Shown in pieces: positions 26,301 through 46,690 of a stretch of DNA of 64,000 nt. Every line of letters starts with the position of its first letter. Positions within the stretch are counted from its first letter, which is position 1. The notes below the pieces were generated by a model. That model did not search any database. It was not told the DNA's origin and saw only the letters and a program-made list of their open reading frames with translations. The position numbers were made by a program, and so were the translations under genes. Source of the stretch: Euglena gracilis (taxonomy: Eukaryota); contig CP154954.1 in assembly GCA_039621445.1 (NCBI GenBank), positions 47,595,847 to 47,659,846 of the forward strand. The letters are read 5' to 3'.

Positions 26301-27442
26301 CACTCGAACTCCCGTCGACTTACTCCACCACTCCAGGTTTTAGCAAGCGGGAAGCAAAAGCAGCTCCGTCGCAAGGGACGGGCGAAAGCCCTCCAGTGGG
26401 ACAGACGGCTGGACGCCCGGCCGCCCCACACCTTGGCCCACAGCCAGGCGTCCCGCTTCTTCTCGAACTCCTCCTCCCGCAGCGCCAGCTCCGCCTTCAT
26501 CGCCCGCAGCTGCTCGTCCGCCCCGGCCCACTGCCCGCCCTGCCGCAGCGCCTGCTGCAGCTGCTGCTGCATCGCCTCCTGCGGCACAGGGGGGCGGGGG
26601 AGAACACAGTTCGGCGGAAGAGGCGGAGCGTGGCCCGGAACAGAAAAGACCAGCGGTGGGACCAGCTGGAGGGGGCCGAATGCTGCATCAGGTGTAGCCC
26701 ACCTCGAAAATTCGCGGGGCAGAGCGCCGGAAATTTGGGGGAAGTGGGCTAGAAATGAGGGGGAGTATAATGGGTCTTGGGGTTTTGTAAACATAACTGA
26801 ATGGGGGGGGGCTGTATGATGCAAAACGAAGGTGCAATAAAAATTATTACCCTTTAAAAACACGTAGGTGCGCGGAAATTGATAAAAGACGAACTAGAAA
26901 TGCCTTTAAAAGGGCGTTGTATCAACCCTGTTTTTTTTGTGTTTCATAATTTTGGGCAACATGAGGCCAGGGATTGTTGAGAAAGGAAATATTTTTACGC
27001 TTCTCAACCTGACTGCGCTTCCAGGCCTCACGCTCCTTGGCGAGGCTCTCCTCGGCCAGTGTGCTCGATGCCTGCGCGGCCGCCAGCCGCTCCCGCAGCT
27101 CCGCACAGCGAGCCGCCTCGCGCTGCAGCGCCTCCTGCAGCTGCTGCAGCCCACCAGCCTGCCCGGGAGGGGAGGGCAGGGAAGATGGGTGTATTGATCT
27201 ATACAGACGTACATACATACATACATACATACATACATACATACATACATACATACATACATACATACATACATACATACATACATACATACATACATAC
27301 ATACATACATACATGCATACATGTATACATACATACATACATGCCTGCATACATACATGCATACATACATGCATACACACATACATACATACATGACATA
27401 CATATCCACATCCATACATGCATACACATTTCCATAAAAACG

Positions 27443-27505
<63 letters not shown>

Positions 27506-27719
27506 ATATATACATTTTTATATATATGGCAAGTGTTAACTTTAGTACCCCTGGGGGGGGTACTAAACTTGACACCAGGTTGGGAAAGGGTTACCCTAAC
27601 CCTAACCCTAACCCTAACCCTAACCCTAACCCTAACCCTAACCCTATCCCCAACCCTAACCCCCGCCCAACCTGGTGTCAAGTTTAGAACCCCCCCGGGG
27701 GTACTAACCTTAACACTCG

Positions 27720-27765
<46 letters not shown>

Positions 27766-30700
27766 ATATATATATATGTACTTTAAGTACAAATTTATGT
27801 ATTATTATTATTTATTTATTTACCAAATTTATGTACTTTGCACATAAAAGAAAACACACACGTGTTCCATACAGAGAGGTCTGCACTTTCTAGAAACCAA
27901 ATTTCTGGCCCCTTTGTCAGCATACCCCCCCCGGGGGGGTTAAACGACACATCAAAACGGGGACAGGTGTGTGCAATTATCAGGACAGCAACACAAAATT
28001 GCGAACCACATCCTTTTCACCTACTCTTCACTATTTCCAATCCTCTTTAATTGTGATTTCAAGCAAACGGATCAAGAAAACTTCATGTGTTTGCTTGAAA
28101 TCACAATTAAAGAGGATTGGGAATAATGAAGATGGGTGGAAAGGTTCACAATTCTTCAGATTCAGATACCATTTCAGTTGACTAATACATTGCAGGACCA
28201 AAAAATTGACGAAAACATAGCATTTTATATCATGAACTTACGGTGGCCAAATAAAACAATAAAACAAATAAAATTATGCCACCAGTGGCAAAAGTTTTGG
28301 CAAAAAAACACGCCACCAGTGGCGAAACTTTTGACAAACACATCTGGCATAGGTGGCCTGCAGTTCATTTGATCATCAAAGACTGTTTCAAATTGGTGTC
28401 ACTTTTCTTTGAAAAAAATTGAACTTGGAGAAACCACAATTATCATGCATTTTTGGTTGCAATTGAATAACGTCAGTTAGTGTTCTGGAAAAGTGCCGTT
28501 GACACGGGGGGGGGGTGTCAACGACACGGTGTGTCTTGGACAAAGGTGAGAGGAGGTACTGTTGAACTTGGCCGCCGAAAAAAAGATGGATTGTGTTCAT
28601 GGCTATAATTTTTTGGGTGCAAAACTTTCCAGGGAGGATGTTCCAGGCCCTCCAGGTGCACACGTACTGGTTTTCGCAATTATCATGGTGCACAATATTG
28701 GGGGGGGGTTAAGGCACCTGCTCCGGGGGAGGGATCACTTTAATCTCCGCCGTCTCCACCGATTGCCCCGGCCGCTGAGCCCCTCGCTGCAGCTCCTCCA
28801 AAGCGTGCTGCAGGGCCGCCTGGCCGGCATTGGGAGGCCAAGCAAAGTGCACCCGTTGAAGCCCCACCCTCCCATGCGACAAGTCCCGGGAGGAGGAGCG
28901 CATCAACGCTCCGTGAAGTGAACAAAACATGGGAAACATTGTACCAAATGCCAACGGCGATGACGATGGCGACAATGAAACGATGCGGTGCCCTGAGATC
29001 ACTGGAATCATTCCCGCGAGAGGTGCTGTTGCACAGAAACCGAAACATATGCACTGATATTTTTAAGACATCACACTACCTCCACCGACAAACACCCTTT
29101 GGTGCTGTTTCTATACATTTTCTTTCACGTCTTGCTGTAATGTGTGGGATTGTCAAAGAAGCGCACAGAGACACAGATTGAGAGGACACACGTATTCTGC
29201 CTGAAGAGTATGGCGGGCTGCTGTCTCCGTTTCCAAGGCAGCTAACGCTGGGCCACCCATGGGCAAGAAAGAGAAACACTCTCACGGCTCTTTCTTCAGT
29301 TCAGTTCTTGTTCTTCTTTGTTGAGGTCACCAACCCCTTTCTTCTCAAATATCTCCTGTAGACTGACTGAAAGAAACGGATTGAAACTCCAGGGACGCAA
29401 AAAAAGGGCAAGATCCGTCCTTGAAAGAGTGTAACTCTCGCCAAAGGGTCGATGGGGACCCGGCCCGGGCCAGGTCCCTCTCCCCCCAGGCCTGTGACAG
29501 CTGAGCCGGCAACGGGCCTCCCCCCCCCCCCCTGCGTCGCCAGCGGGACCCACCCGGGGGGGGAGGTGGGAGGGGGCGGCCCGGGCTGCATCGCCTGGAA
29601 CTCCGCCACGGAGACGGTCCCCTGCTGGGCCTGGCGGTGCTCCTCCAGGGCCTTCTCCAGCTGGTCCTGCCGGCCCGGGGGGGGGGGGCTTCCGGCTTTG
29701 CAATTCGAGCCAAAACTGGCCTGGTATTGGAAAAGAACAATGTACAGGGATTCCCACAAATTCGTGCTGACGGCCCTTAATTCTGATTTGTGATTATTCG
29801 CGCTACCAAAAAAGCGCCTGGGTTTTCCTATTTCCTGCACAAAACAACAATACCCATTCGCAATACAACACAATTTTCCAGTATTTTTTGATATTTTTGA
29901 GGACTTTGCGAAAATTTAGCTAAGAAAATCATTTTCTGAAGGATGATGTAGGTGCCTCGGTCAAGCTCAAGGAGGACACAAGATAACTGTAATTCAAAGC
30001 TGATACAAAAATAGCCGGAATGGCCAATAATGCCGGTGCTTGGAGGAGAGTAATTATCACCTCTTGTCCATGTTTGTTTTCCTTCAAGGGAAATTGATCC
30101 GGGACAGAGGATCAAAAGGATGGACATTCAGAGGAACAGATTCATAAAAGAGAGAAAAGCTCGCTCATTATTCAGGGTTGTTTGTGGTCATTCGTGCAAA
30201 TTCGTGATTTTGGAAAATCACCAAATTTGTGCCGGTTTGTGATTATTCATGATTATTCGTGGCACGAACTTGTGGGAATCCTTGCAATGTATGTGATGAT
30301 GTGCCAACATGTTTGTGTGTCTAATCGTCTGTTAAAAAACAAATCCCTTTGGGGAAAACGTTATAAAAAAAAAGAGCTAAAAGTCGTCTTTCGTCAGCCG
30401 AATCATCCCAAACAACCAAAATCCATAAAAATCATTCCAACAAAATTACTTTCATAATACTTCCCAATTATTTCGGAATCTCGAAATTTTGGTATAAAAA
30501 TATTTTATTTCTTTACACACTGCATATGTGCGTCATATGTGCGTATGAGCCTGTATATGTGCTCATGAAGGGATGGATGCCTGCATTTGTTCGTAGGATG
30601 AACCCAGCAAGCAACTTGGGGTGGGTGACACACCCGCTTCTGCAGCCAACCCCGGCGCTCCGTTTCCAGCTGGCGCAGAGCGGCCTCGACCTCAGCGAGG

Positions 30701-33204
30701 CGGCTGGTCTTTTGTTGCAGCGCCGTGCGGAGCCGTTCCAGCTCCGACTCCGGGGAAAGCTGCGAGGTGCAAACCCATTCATGTCCACAGTTGCATCACC
30801 ACCAACCTGCAAACCCCTGAAACATCGAAATAAATCACAGAAAAATGTCATTTTCAAAAATTCGGAAAATTCAGAAAGTGCAAGAAACCACAAAAAAAAT
30901 GGGCAAAAAAAACACAAAAACTGAGGAAATCACAAAAAAGTTCCCAAACAATGAGAAAAACAAAAAAGTGTACTGAAATTTATGTGCAAAAACGCAAAAA
31001 AATGCGCATATCCCCTGCTCAAAATATGCGATGCAAAAATGCAACAAACGAAGGTGCGAACAGTGGAATGTGCAGCTTCAGGCTGTCTGGGTATTCTGGT
31101 CAAACACAAAACAATAATTTCTCATATTCTTTCAAAATTACGCAAAAAAACGCGACCTTTGAAGATTCTGGATACCGAACAAAATATCAATTATGCAAAT
31201 TGCATCCCCTCTGTTGACCACCTTGGTTTTCTCATCTCCCGCAACTTCAATGAGATGAACATTTGAGGGCCATCTAGACAGGTTTGGAACAGGCAATACA
31301 ATTTTTATGGCGCCTGTTCAAAAAAAATTATTTTTTAAAACTTAAAATGCTCAAAATGTTGGGCCAAAATGCCTTAAAATGCCTGAAAATGCCAAAAAAA
31401 ATTGGACCAGCAAAATTTTCTCTCATTGAACAAAAGTGAACCACAAAATCTCGGCAAAATCAGCCCAACTTGGGGGGTAAAAATTATTTTTGTCATCGCT
31501 GGAACATTGTCTATCCATCCAAAACAAAAGAAGGTTTATTGTTGACTTTTTGATTTTGGACCGTGTGCAAAATCAAAAACATCGGTTCGATGCCTGGACA
31601 GCCCTTAGACCACAGCACCTTAAAAAGCTCTAAAAATGCCTTAAAAAGCCTTGAAAAAAAAACGCCATAAAATGCTTTAAAATGTTTTGCCTTAAAAAAT
31701 GCCTGGTTTGGAAGTCTTGGGCTTGAAAAAAAAAGAATTTTCTGAAGGTATTCAGGAAATAAAAGACGCACACTCTGTACAATGTCGATGATGTGCCAAA
31801 CACCGTGCGCTGGCACCCCCAACACCCCTCCGGCCTGGCCTGGCACTGCCAGGCACACACCTCCTCGCCCTGGAAGAAGGACCGGCTGGCGCGGCCGGCC
31901 TTGAGGGACGTCAGGGCAGCATCCCGGTCGATCATCGCCTCCAGCGCCCGCTGCTCCGCCCGCTCCACCGTGGCCCGCGCCTGCTCCAGCCGCTTCTCGA
32001 TCCCTGGCTGGGGGAGGCCGCTTCCAGAAGGACCTCCGGGCAGCAAGCCAGAAGGAAAGGGGGTGGAAACAAACCGGCCCGGAACAGTGGGACAGATGCT
32101 GCTTAAAGGTGCTGGCACACCTGAAAACCACCCGTGTCACCGGAAACTGGCTCACGAGCCCATCCTGTTTGCAAGGGCCACCATCCTGTGTAACTTCCTG
32201 GCTACATATGGTCCCTTTCGTCGTCAGACAAGAGACACAGACATGACTGCACAAAGTTGGCATGGCTTGACTGCAGCATCGGACAAGAATGAAATTAGTC
32301 GATTGGGGCGTCGATCCAGTCTCCAAATAGTCTAAATGGTTCGGCAGTCCAGCTGGGTCTGCCGCTGCCGCCACTCAGGCCGGGGACAGACCGACGGAGT
32401 CCGCGCTGGAGGGCCGGCGATGGGAGGTGTCCTGGTCCGCCGCAGCCCTCGGCCAGCAGTCCACTGGCCCCCGGGGCCCATCCCCGGTGGACGGCCGGGG
32501 CCTCCTTGCGGACGGTGGACACCTGGCCCGCCGGCTCCCTAAGCCACATGGCCGAACAAAGCTGGAAAAATGCCGCTGCTGGGGGGGGGGGGGCAGAGAC
32601 AAAATCTTAGGTGGCCGCTTGCACTTGACACATAGTTGGCCTGTTCTTTGAACAATTGTGTAAAGGAACACAAAAAAGCTGACGTGCGAGATTGGCCGCC
32701 CAAGAAAAATTGATCTGACTAACGGCAAAGAAATGGCTAAAATTTTTGTTGCAGTTGAAAAAGCGCGGGCACCTCCACAAAACGCAAAAGTAACGTTTCA
32801 CCTCATGAATAATGCCATTTCGTTTTACCGTCCAGAAAATTTTGGCAATTTCCTTAACATGGTGCAGGCATATTTGGCGAAGTTTGGTGACCCCCCATCC
32901 ACCGGCCGGTGGGTGGGGACGGAGCCCCCAATCTCCTCCGGGTCCTGGGGAAAGAGTTGTTTTGTGGCAGCGTGGTCAGATGTTTGTACATTCTTGTCTC
33001 ACTGGAAAGGAAGTCTAGATTCAATGTTTGCACTCAACAGGTGGCTAACAGAAGGGAATCCTGTGGTTGTGCGGTTGCCTGAAGCACTGAAGCAAAATTG
33101 GCCAACCTTGAAATTCTTTACCTCAGTGCCGAGGCTCGCCAGGGCAAGGGCTGGCCGTCACTGAACAGCGGCCCGTTCAGCCGGCCAGCCGGGGGGTAGG
33201 CCAT
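11293..33204 (-). CDS. Large multi-exon coiled-coil protein with C-terminal EF-hand-like pair
   Basis: Exons: 33204-33122, 32944-32903, 32522-32392, 32003-31861, 30759-30651, 29666-~29587, 28819-28718, 27158-27009, 26578-26432, 21964-21806, 21459-21310, 20957-20914, 19147-19033, 16910-16743, 15950-15753, 15508-15437, 15193-15134, 14994-~14880, 14315-14289, 14075-13891, 13336-13171, 12538-~12486, 11494-11293. Most joins are GT-AG with matching phase. Heptad-rich E/Q/R/A/L peptide; EF-hand-like loops [14 protein letters not shown] and [14 protein letters not shown]. Start, stop and a few joins are tentative. Confidence 0.7.
12306..12428. repeat. (TG)n microsatellite
   Basis: Direct reading. 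Confidence 0.95.
13587..13671. repeat. 27-bp tandem repeat x3, each unit a palindrome
   Basis: GGGAAAGCTTGGTTT(C/G)AAACCAAGCTT repeated three times. Confidence 0.9.
17352..18471. mobile_element. hAT-like MITE
   Basis: TIR CAGACAGTCATTTAGTG / CACTAAATGAATGTCTG; TSD ctccccta/ctccccga (7/8); subterminal GAACCACAAAA repeats. Confidence 0.75.
19148..20913 (-). other. Nonconventional (euglenid-type) intron formed by a MITE
   Basis: CTGAT|gacCGGGGGTTTT...AAAACTCCTGatgat|GACAGAG. Y|R at both junctions and a 10-bp stem in the +4/-6 register. Removal gives 44+115=159 nt, the same length as the paralogous uninterrupted exon 21964-21806. Confidence 0.85.
22333..22463. repeat. (TGTGT)n pentanucleotide microsatellite
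   Basis: Direct reading. Confidence 0.95.
22623..23008. mobile_element. hAT-like MITE family B
   Basis: TIR CAGGCATTATTTTTTAAGG / CCTTAAAAGATAATGCCCG; perfect TSD GGTCCAGC. Confidence 0.8.
23258..23481. repeat. (TA)n microsatellite
   Basis: Direct reading. Confidence 0.95.
24854..25724. mobile_element. TIR element with CAAGG ends and 7-bp TSD (P-superfamily-like)
   Basis: TIR CAAGGTTGGGTTTTGG / CCAAAACCCAACCTTG; TSD AGTGGCG; inverted homolog at 34250-35591. Confidence 0.75.
27210..27527. repeat. (TACA)n followed by (TA)n
   Basis: Direct reading. Confidence 0.95.
27528..27721. mobile_element. MITE carrying a (CCCTAA)n core
   Basis: TIR GGCAAGTGTTAA..TAGTACCCC / GGGGTACTA..TTAACACTCGCC; telomeric repeats at ~27594-27660. 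Confidence 0.65.
31290..31705. mobile_element. hAT-like MITE family B
   Basis: CAGGCA...TGCCTG ends; perfect TSD GTTTGGAA; body similar to 22623-23008 and ~53725-54100. Confidence 0.8.
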
Positions 33205-34249
33205 CCGCCGGGGTCAGGGCAGGCCCGAGGGAGGCGGGGCTCTGGGCCGGGCCCACATGGGGTCTGAGGTGGGGAGTGTGGGGCATGGATGTGCTCCCCC
33301 AGTGGCAACCGCCCGCTCACGCCACCACACAACGGACGTGCAGGGAGTGGAAGAGAGTGCGCTGGTGATGGACAAGCAACACTGTTTTGGCAACGGTTGG
33401 TAGGTCTCCCTTTGACACATTGATGGCCACATGTTTTTTTTACTGACCCCACTGGGGGGTCACTTCCACTCCTCCAAAATCCAGTCACTAACTGTTTTCA
33501 GAAAACCAGTCAGCCACTACCCCCCCCCCCCGGGGGGGTCGGCCACTCTGGAATCCAAGAGATATTTGACCAGAAATGGGGAAAAGTCAAACTTTTTACC
33601 AGCGCCTTAGGTGCAAGGTCACTTTAGAGTTTTTTTGCCCCCCCCCTCTGCAGTGGAGGGGGTCTGGGTCAATAACCAGTCAGTCACTCTAAAAACCAGT
33701 CACCCACCCCGGGGGGGGGGGGTGTCGGCCAGTGTCAAAATGATTGTATGTCCATTGCAGTCCCAATGATCCTCCATAATGTCGTAATGTCATAATGTCA
33801 TAATGCCATTTTTTTTGCCAGCCTTCCCCCCAAAAAACTGGAACAGAACAACGCTGGAAGAGAATGAGTCCTTCGCCTTCTGCCACAACCCCGAAAAAAC
33901 TTTGAACATTTCACAAAATGAAAAGACATCGGCAAAAAAAAATTCGTGGGGAAAAATAAATGCCGAGGAGGAAAGTTTTGGGACTGGGTGGAAATTCATA
34001 TTACTTAAGGTGGGCAAAATTTTCAGGGACGGGAGGCAAAAAAAAAAGAGCGAGATACTGGGCAAAATATGCTGAGCCACGCCGGATGACACTAATGATA
34101 CACACTTGGCAAACTCCACCTGAAAGGGCAAGGGTCAAAATAATTATAAATGATCAAAGGGGACATTTATCATTTAATAATACGGAACGAGTTCACAAGT
34201 GAGTGAATGGATGGAATTTGTAAGAATGTAGTTTGCATGTTTAGGGGGC

Positions 34250-35591
34250 CAAGGTTGGGTTTTGTTTTTGTATTTTTTTGGGGGGTCCCAAAATCGGCCC
34301 AAAATTTTTGGGGGGAAATTTTGGGGGGGTACCCAAAAATCAAAATTTTGGGTCTCCATTGATGATGAGCGAAAACCACGGGAAACAATGGTCGACATCC
34401 GCAAAGTCACAAAGGGGCTGTCGCTCAGAGTTGTCCTGAACACTCCCCGCCTGCTTGAAAGGCTTTCTGGCGTTTTTTTTTTCTTCAATGGTCCGACCTT
34501 CCCCCACCCAGTTAGTCCAGTTAGTTTAGTTAATACACTTTTGGATCCTGAAATTGGGGCAACAAGGCCTTTCAAAATGCCCCAAAGTGCAATTTTCTGT
34601 TCGAGACATGTAAACCCCCCCAAATAATACCCCCAGGGTATTATTTTTCGCCCGAAGTCCCGGCCCGAGGGGGGGGGTATTATTTGGGGGGGTATTATTT
34701 GGGGGGGGGTATTATTTCCCAAAATTTTTCGAAATTTTTCGAAGTTCTGTAGGAGCAAAAATAGCGCCAAAACCCCCCTTTGGGGTCATTTTTTGTACTT
34801 TCTCATGAAATTTAGCATTTTTTGGGGGCCAGATGATCCAGAAAAATCGATTTTTTTTGTACTTAGTTGTCAGAGATTGTGATTTTTACCTACATTTTCA
34901 GGTCAAAAATCCGGGCCTTCGGCCCGAAACCGGGGGGGGGGGTATTATTTCGGCGGCCGAAGTCAGACCCCGAGGGGGGGGGGTATTATTTGGGGGGGGG
35001 CATTATTTGGGGGGAGGGTTTACAATGATCACACCCCCCTGCCCCCCCCCCCAATCAGAGGCCACAATTCTGGAGGGCATCATTTTTCCTCCGAAAATAA
35101 TTGTCTGGATTCCAACGATCACCCCTTATCAGAATCCACAATTTTTTGTACCATCCCCCCCCCCCGGAGTATTAACACCGGCCTTGTATAAGCACTGTCC
35201 CCCCCCCCCCCGGTGCGCTTCCATCCTTTTAGACGTGTTGGACAGGAATCCTGCTTTGCACACGGGGGGTCGGTGGTTCGATTCCGGCTGCAGCCCCAGG
35301 GATTATTTAAGGCCGCACCCCCGGGGGGGTGGGGTTGGGGTGGGTCCGGCCGGACCCCCCCTGGGGGGTCCAGAGGGGGGTGAGAGATACTTTTTTGCGT
35401 TGCAGGCACAGAAAATTTTGAAAAAAATGGCTTTTCTTGGCCAAAATCGGCCTTTTTTAGGTGGTCAGGGGTTATGGGGTTAAATTTTTCCAAGAGGGGG
35501 TCCCAAAAAAGCAAATTTCCTGGTGTTTTTGGGGGGAGTACCCAAAAAACAAAATTTGGGGGGGGGACCCAAAACCCAAAACCCAACCTTG
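34250..35591. mobile_element. TIR element with CAAGG ends and 7-bp TSD, inverted copy
   Basis: TIR CAAGGTTGGGTTTTG; TSD AGGGGGC; reverse-complement similarity to 24854-25724 with extra inserted sequence. Confidence 0.75.
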
Positions 35592-36157
35592 AGGGGGCGG
35601 GTGAATTTCAACCCTGTCATGCTCTTCACCGTTATTCTTTGGAACGATGAAGGGCAACCTAACTGTTCTGAACCTGCAATGTTTGTTGCAATCCGCTTTC
35701 CCCCCTCCTTCTTCACAGTGGGCGTGGCATAAATGCCGCTGCTTGCATTATTTATTTTGCTTCTGAACCATTGTTTCTGTCAGTGTGAACCAATGAAACT
35801 CACCCCTGTTTCCAAAAAATAAATGCATCAGAAGCCTTGCTTCATTCTTGCAGTGCTCAACAGGGAATGGTGGTGCTTATTTTTCGCATCCAATTTTTCC
35901 TTCGAGGGGCTGTTGTGTGGGTGTAATATGTGCAATAAATTTAATTATAAATGTAGATTGATACTGTATTATGATGTGGCAATCTGCCTGATTTCCCCAA
36001 GAGGCAGAAAACACAACGTACCCTTGCCGCCTTCATCAATGTGTGTCGGGTGTCATCAGCCGCAGGTAAATTGCCCCATGTTTCCTGGGCTGTGGGTGCC
36101 CCGGGCACTGTAGGAGAGCGTCAGGGCCGGGACAGGGGAGGGGTTCGGGCCGCAGCA

Positions 36158-43927
<7,770 letters not shown>

Positions 43928-45951
43928 CACCGCCTGTGAATAACTCGACCGCTACATGGTGCGGGCAATCTGGGGGAACGATGCGGGTACCGCGTGAAAA
44001 ACACAAATGAGTGAACACACCCCGGTGGTGTTGCAACGATGCCATAGTGGTGATTCTGGGGAAGCACAACCAGGACGATGGAACTGAGGTGAGCCTATGC
44101 TGCTGGTTGGGGGATTTCTCCGTCAGCACTGGACACACACAATACTCTCGGTTGGTTTCGGTCAGGCAAAGGGATGGAATTATTTTTCTATTTTTTAAAA
44201 AAAATTCAGCCACTTCGGGGGGTTTTGTGTGGGTTTGGGCCGATGCATATCAGATCCCAAAATACCCGCTGGGAGTGGGGGCCTTATGATGGGCTGTTTT
44301 TTTTTCTGGCAGAACGGGAGATAAAGATTGTGCGGACAGACAAGGGTAAGGTTCCACCACGTTGTAAAGCATCAGCAAGCAGTTTGATTTATGTGCACCC
44401 CCCTCCTTCATTTATCATCAGTGTGCCTGGAATTGGTGAAAGTTGATTTCAATCACATGCACCGGGGCAAAATTTTCCTAAAGTCCTAAAAGTCATTTTC
44501 AGAAGAAAGTCACCTGAAAATGGGTGGGTGCCATCCTCCCTCCCCAGAGGATGGGTGCGCAAACACAACCAACAGACACAGCGAGGCAAATCCTGATTGC
44601 AGGATAATTGACACTGTGCCCCCAGGCTCGTCCCAGAGGCCAAAATATTCTAGGTCTAGGTCACCTGGGCGACTTCGGCCGACCTCGCCTGGGCTATAAG
44701 GTGAAAGCACAAGACTGCTGCTGTGCTTTTCAGCATGCTGGGGAGTTAAACTGCCCCACAGCGAAATAAAAATCGACCGGTCATTATATTTGTTGTTCTC
44801 CCTTATGTCCATTCCAAGGATTGGGGTTCCTGAACCACCACCCTTCCCAGACTGCTCAGAGGCTGGAAAAATTGTGCTGGCTGGAAAAAAAGCTGCTGGC
44901 TTCCAAAGCTGGCCTGGTTCCAAAGCTGACTTGCTGGGAAAAAAAATTCGAAACTGCAAAAAAAAAACACCAATTATGCAAAAAAAAAAGTCATTTTCGA
45001 CTCAAAATTTGCCCTGGCCAGCCTAAATCTGGCTCCCTTTTGCCAGGTTTTGCCCATTTTTTGCAGATCCGAAAAAAAATCCGTCACCGTCCAGCTGCCC
45101 AAATGGCGGCTGGAAATAAAACTTGTCGATGGGGGGGAGGAGGGTCCGAGGCTGGGATAAAAGCTCCTGGCTGGCTGGACCCCTCCCCCTGTGGGGGGAT
45201 GGGGTTCACTTCGGTTTAAGCGACGCCCAGGTCCGGGGAGAAGGTGACAGATGAGGCTGCCGGGTGACGCCGGAGCGTCACACGGGCCCACCCACACCCC
45301 CAACACTCTTTCGACACCATCGGACAGAAAACGTCCAACAAAACTCTCCCTCAGGATGCCAGCAGGCACAAACCCAAAGAGAAACGGGAGACGAGAACAT
45401 CAAACTGAAACACACAGCACAGACATGGTGAGGAAGGGGAAGGGGAGACATGGATGAGAAAAGAAATCAGAGAATCTCTGCCGTTGTCGATCGGTCACAA
45501 AGCGGCCTTTTGGTGGTGAATCGTTGCCTGGATGTGCCAGTCCGCCCCAAAGCCGTGGGTCACCAGCCAGGCCGACACGCCGAAGCCCGCGCTGAAGAAA
45601 CTCTCAGCATGCAGTGCACCAAGAGGCTTGGGGAGGAAGTTAGGGAGGAAGTTAGGGCATGTGTGGGACATCTGCTTGTCCATGGTGTGTGTCGTGTGTG
45701 CATCTGTGCACATGAGTTTCTATGTGTATTGTGAACGTGTATTTGAGGCTGCATTGTGAACGTGTATTTGACGTTCCCCTGGGGTGCACTGGGCGGCCGC
45801 CAGCAGAAGAACGAGGTAGCCATCACTGCTGTAGTATTGCCGGCAGGCCTGGCCGTAACGTGCCGCGTGCACATGGCCTGCGGCGTTCCTGTCGTGTTCG
45901 TATGCCCCTTTCCCGCATCCAAAGGCAGGGCATGATATAGCAGTTTTTGGA

Positions 45952-46045
45952 AATTTGAAAATACATGTGAAATATGTTGGAAGAACCCTGATTTTCTTGA
46001 GAAAATCAGGGTTCTTCCAACATATTTCACATGTATTTTCAAATT
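45952..46045. repeat. Perfect 46-bp-arm palindrome
   Basis: AATTTGAAAA...CTGATTTTCT-tg-AGAAAATCAG...TTTTCAAATT. Confidence 0.9.
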
Positions 46046-46183
46046 CAGCTGGCTCTTGAACCAAATAAAGAAAATGAGTCTTGTCAGTTTTGAGGGGAGG
46101 GGGTCGAAAAGCGATCTGATTCCCCCACCCCCTTTGTGTTTTTACGTTGGCTGATTTTATGTTTTATGTTTGCCGATGGCCAG

Positions 46184-46690
46184 CAGGGAATTTCTTAAGG
46201 ACCCCCCGGGGGGGGGGGGTCCAGCCTCCGGCTGGCAAAAAGGCTGCTGGCTGGATTTGAGCTGCTGGCTGGACCCCCCCCCCGGGGGGGGGGGGGGGGA
46301 GGGGGGGGGTCCGGGGCTGGAGCGGGCTGGGCTGGGCTGGGTTGAGGAAAAACAAAATTTTCTAACACATTTTGGCCATTTTCGACATTTTGATGGGTGG
46401 AGCTAGGTCAAGGCTGGGGGGCTGTAATGGAGGGGCTGTGATGAGGGGGGAAAATGCAGGGATAAGTGAGCTGGACAGCCCAGTTGGCTGGCCGGCCTGT
46501 GGCCGGCTGGGCCGGCCTTCGGCCGGCTGGCCCGGCCTCCGGCCGGGCTGGACCCGACTTTATTTCACTCGACCCCGTGGGGGGGGGGGCTCCCAGCCCG
46601 AATTTGGGCTGCTGGCTGGATTTGAGCTGCTGGCTGGCTGGACCCCCCCCCCCGGGGGGTAGGGTACCCTCCGGCTTAAGAAATTCCCTG
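46184..46690. mobile_element. hAT-like MITE family C (free copy)
   Basis: Perfect TIR CAGGGAATTTCTTAAG / CTTAAGAAATTCCCTG; perfect TSD ATGGCCAG; GCTGGCTGG-rich body. Confidence 0.85.

Noticed and set aside
27594-27660. Chromosome end
   Set aside because: Short interstitial array inside a TIR element within an intron.
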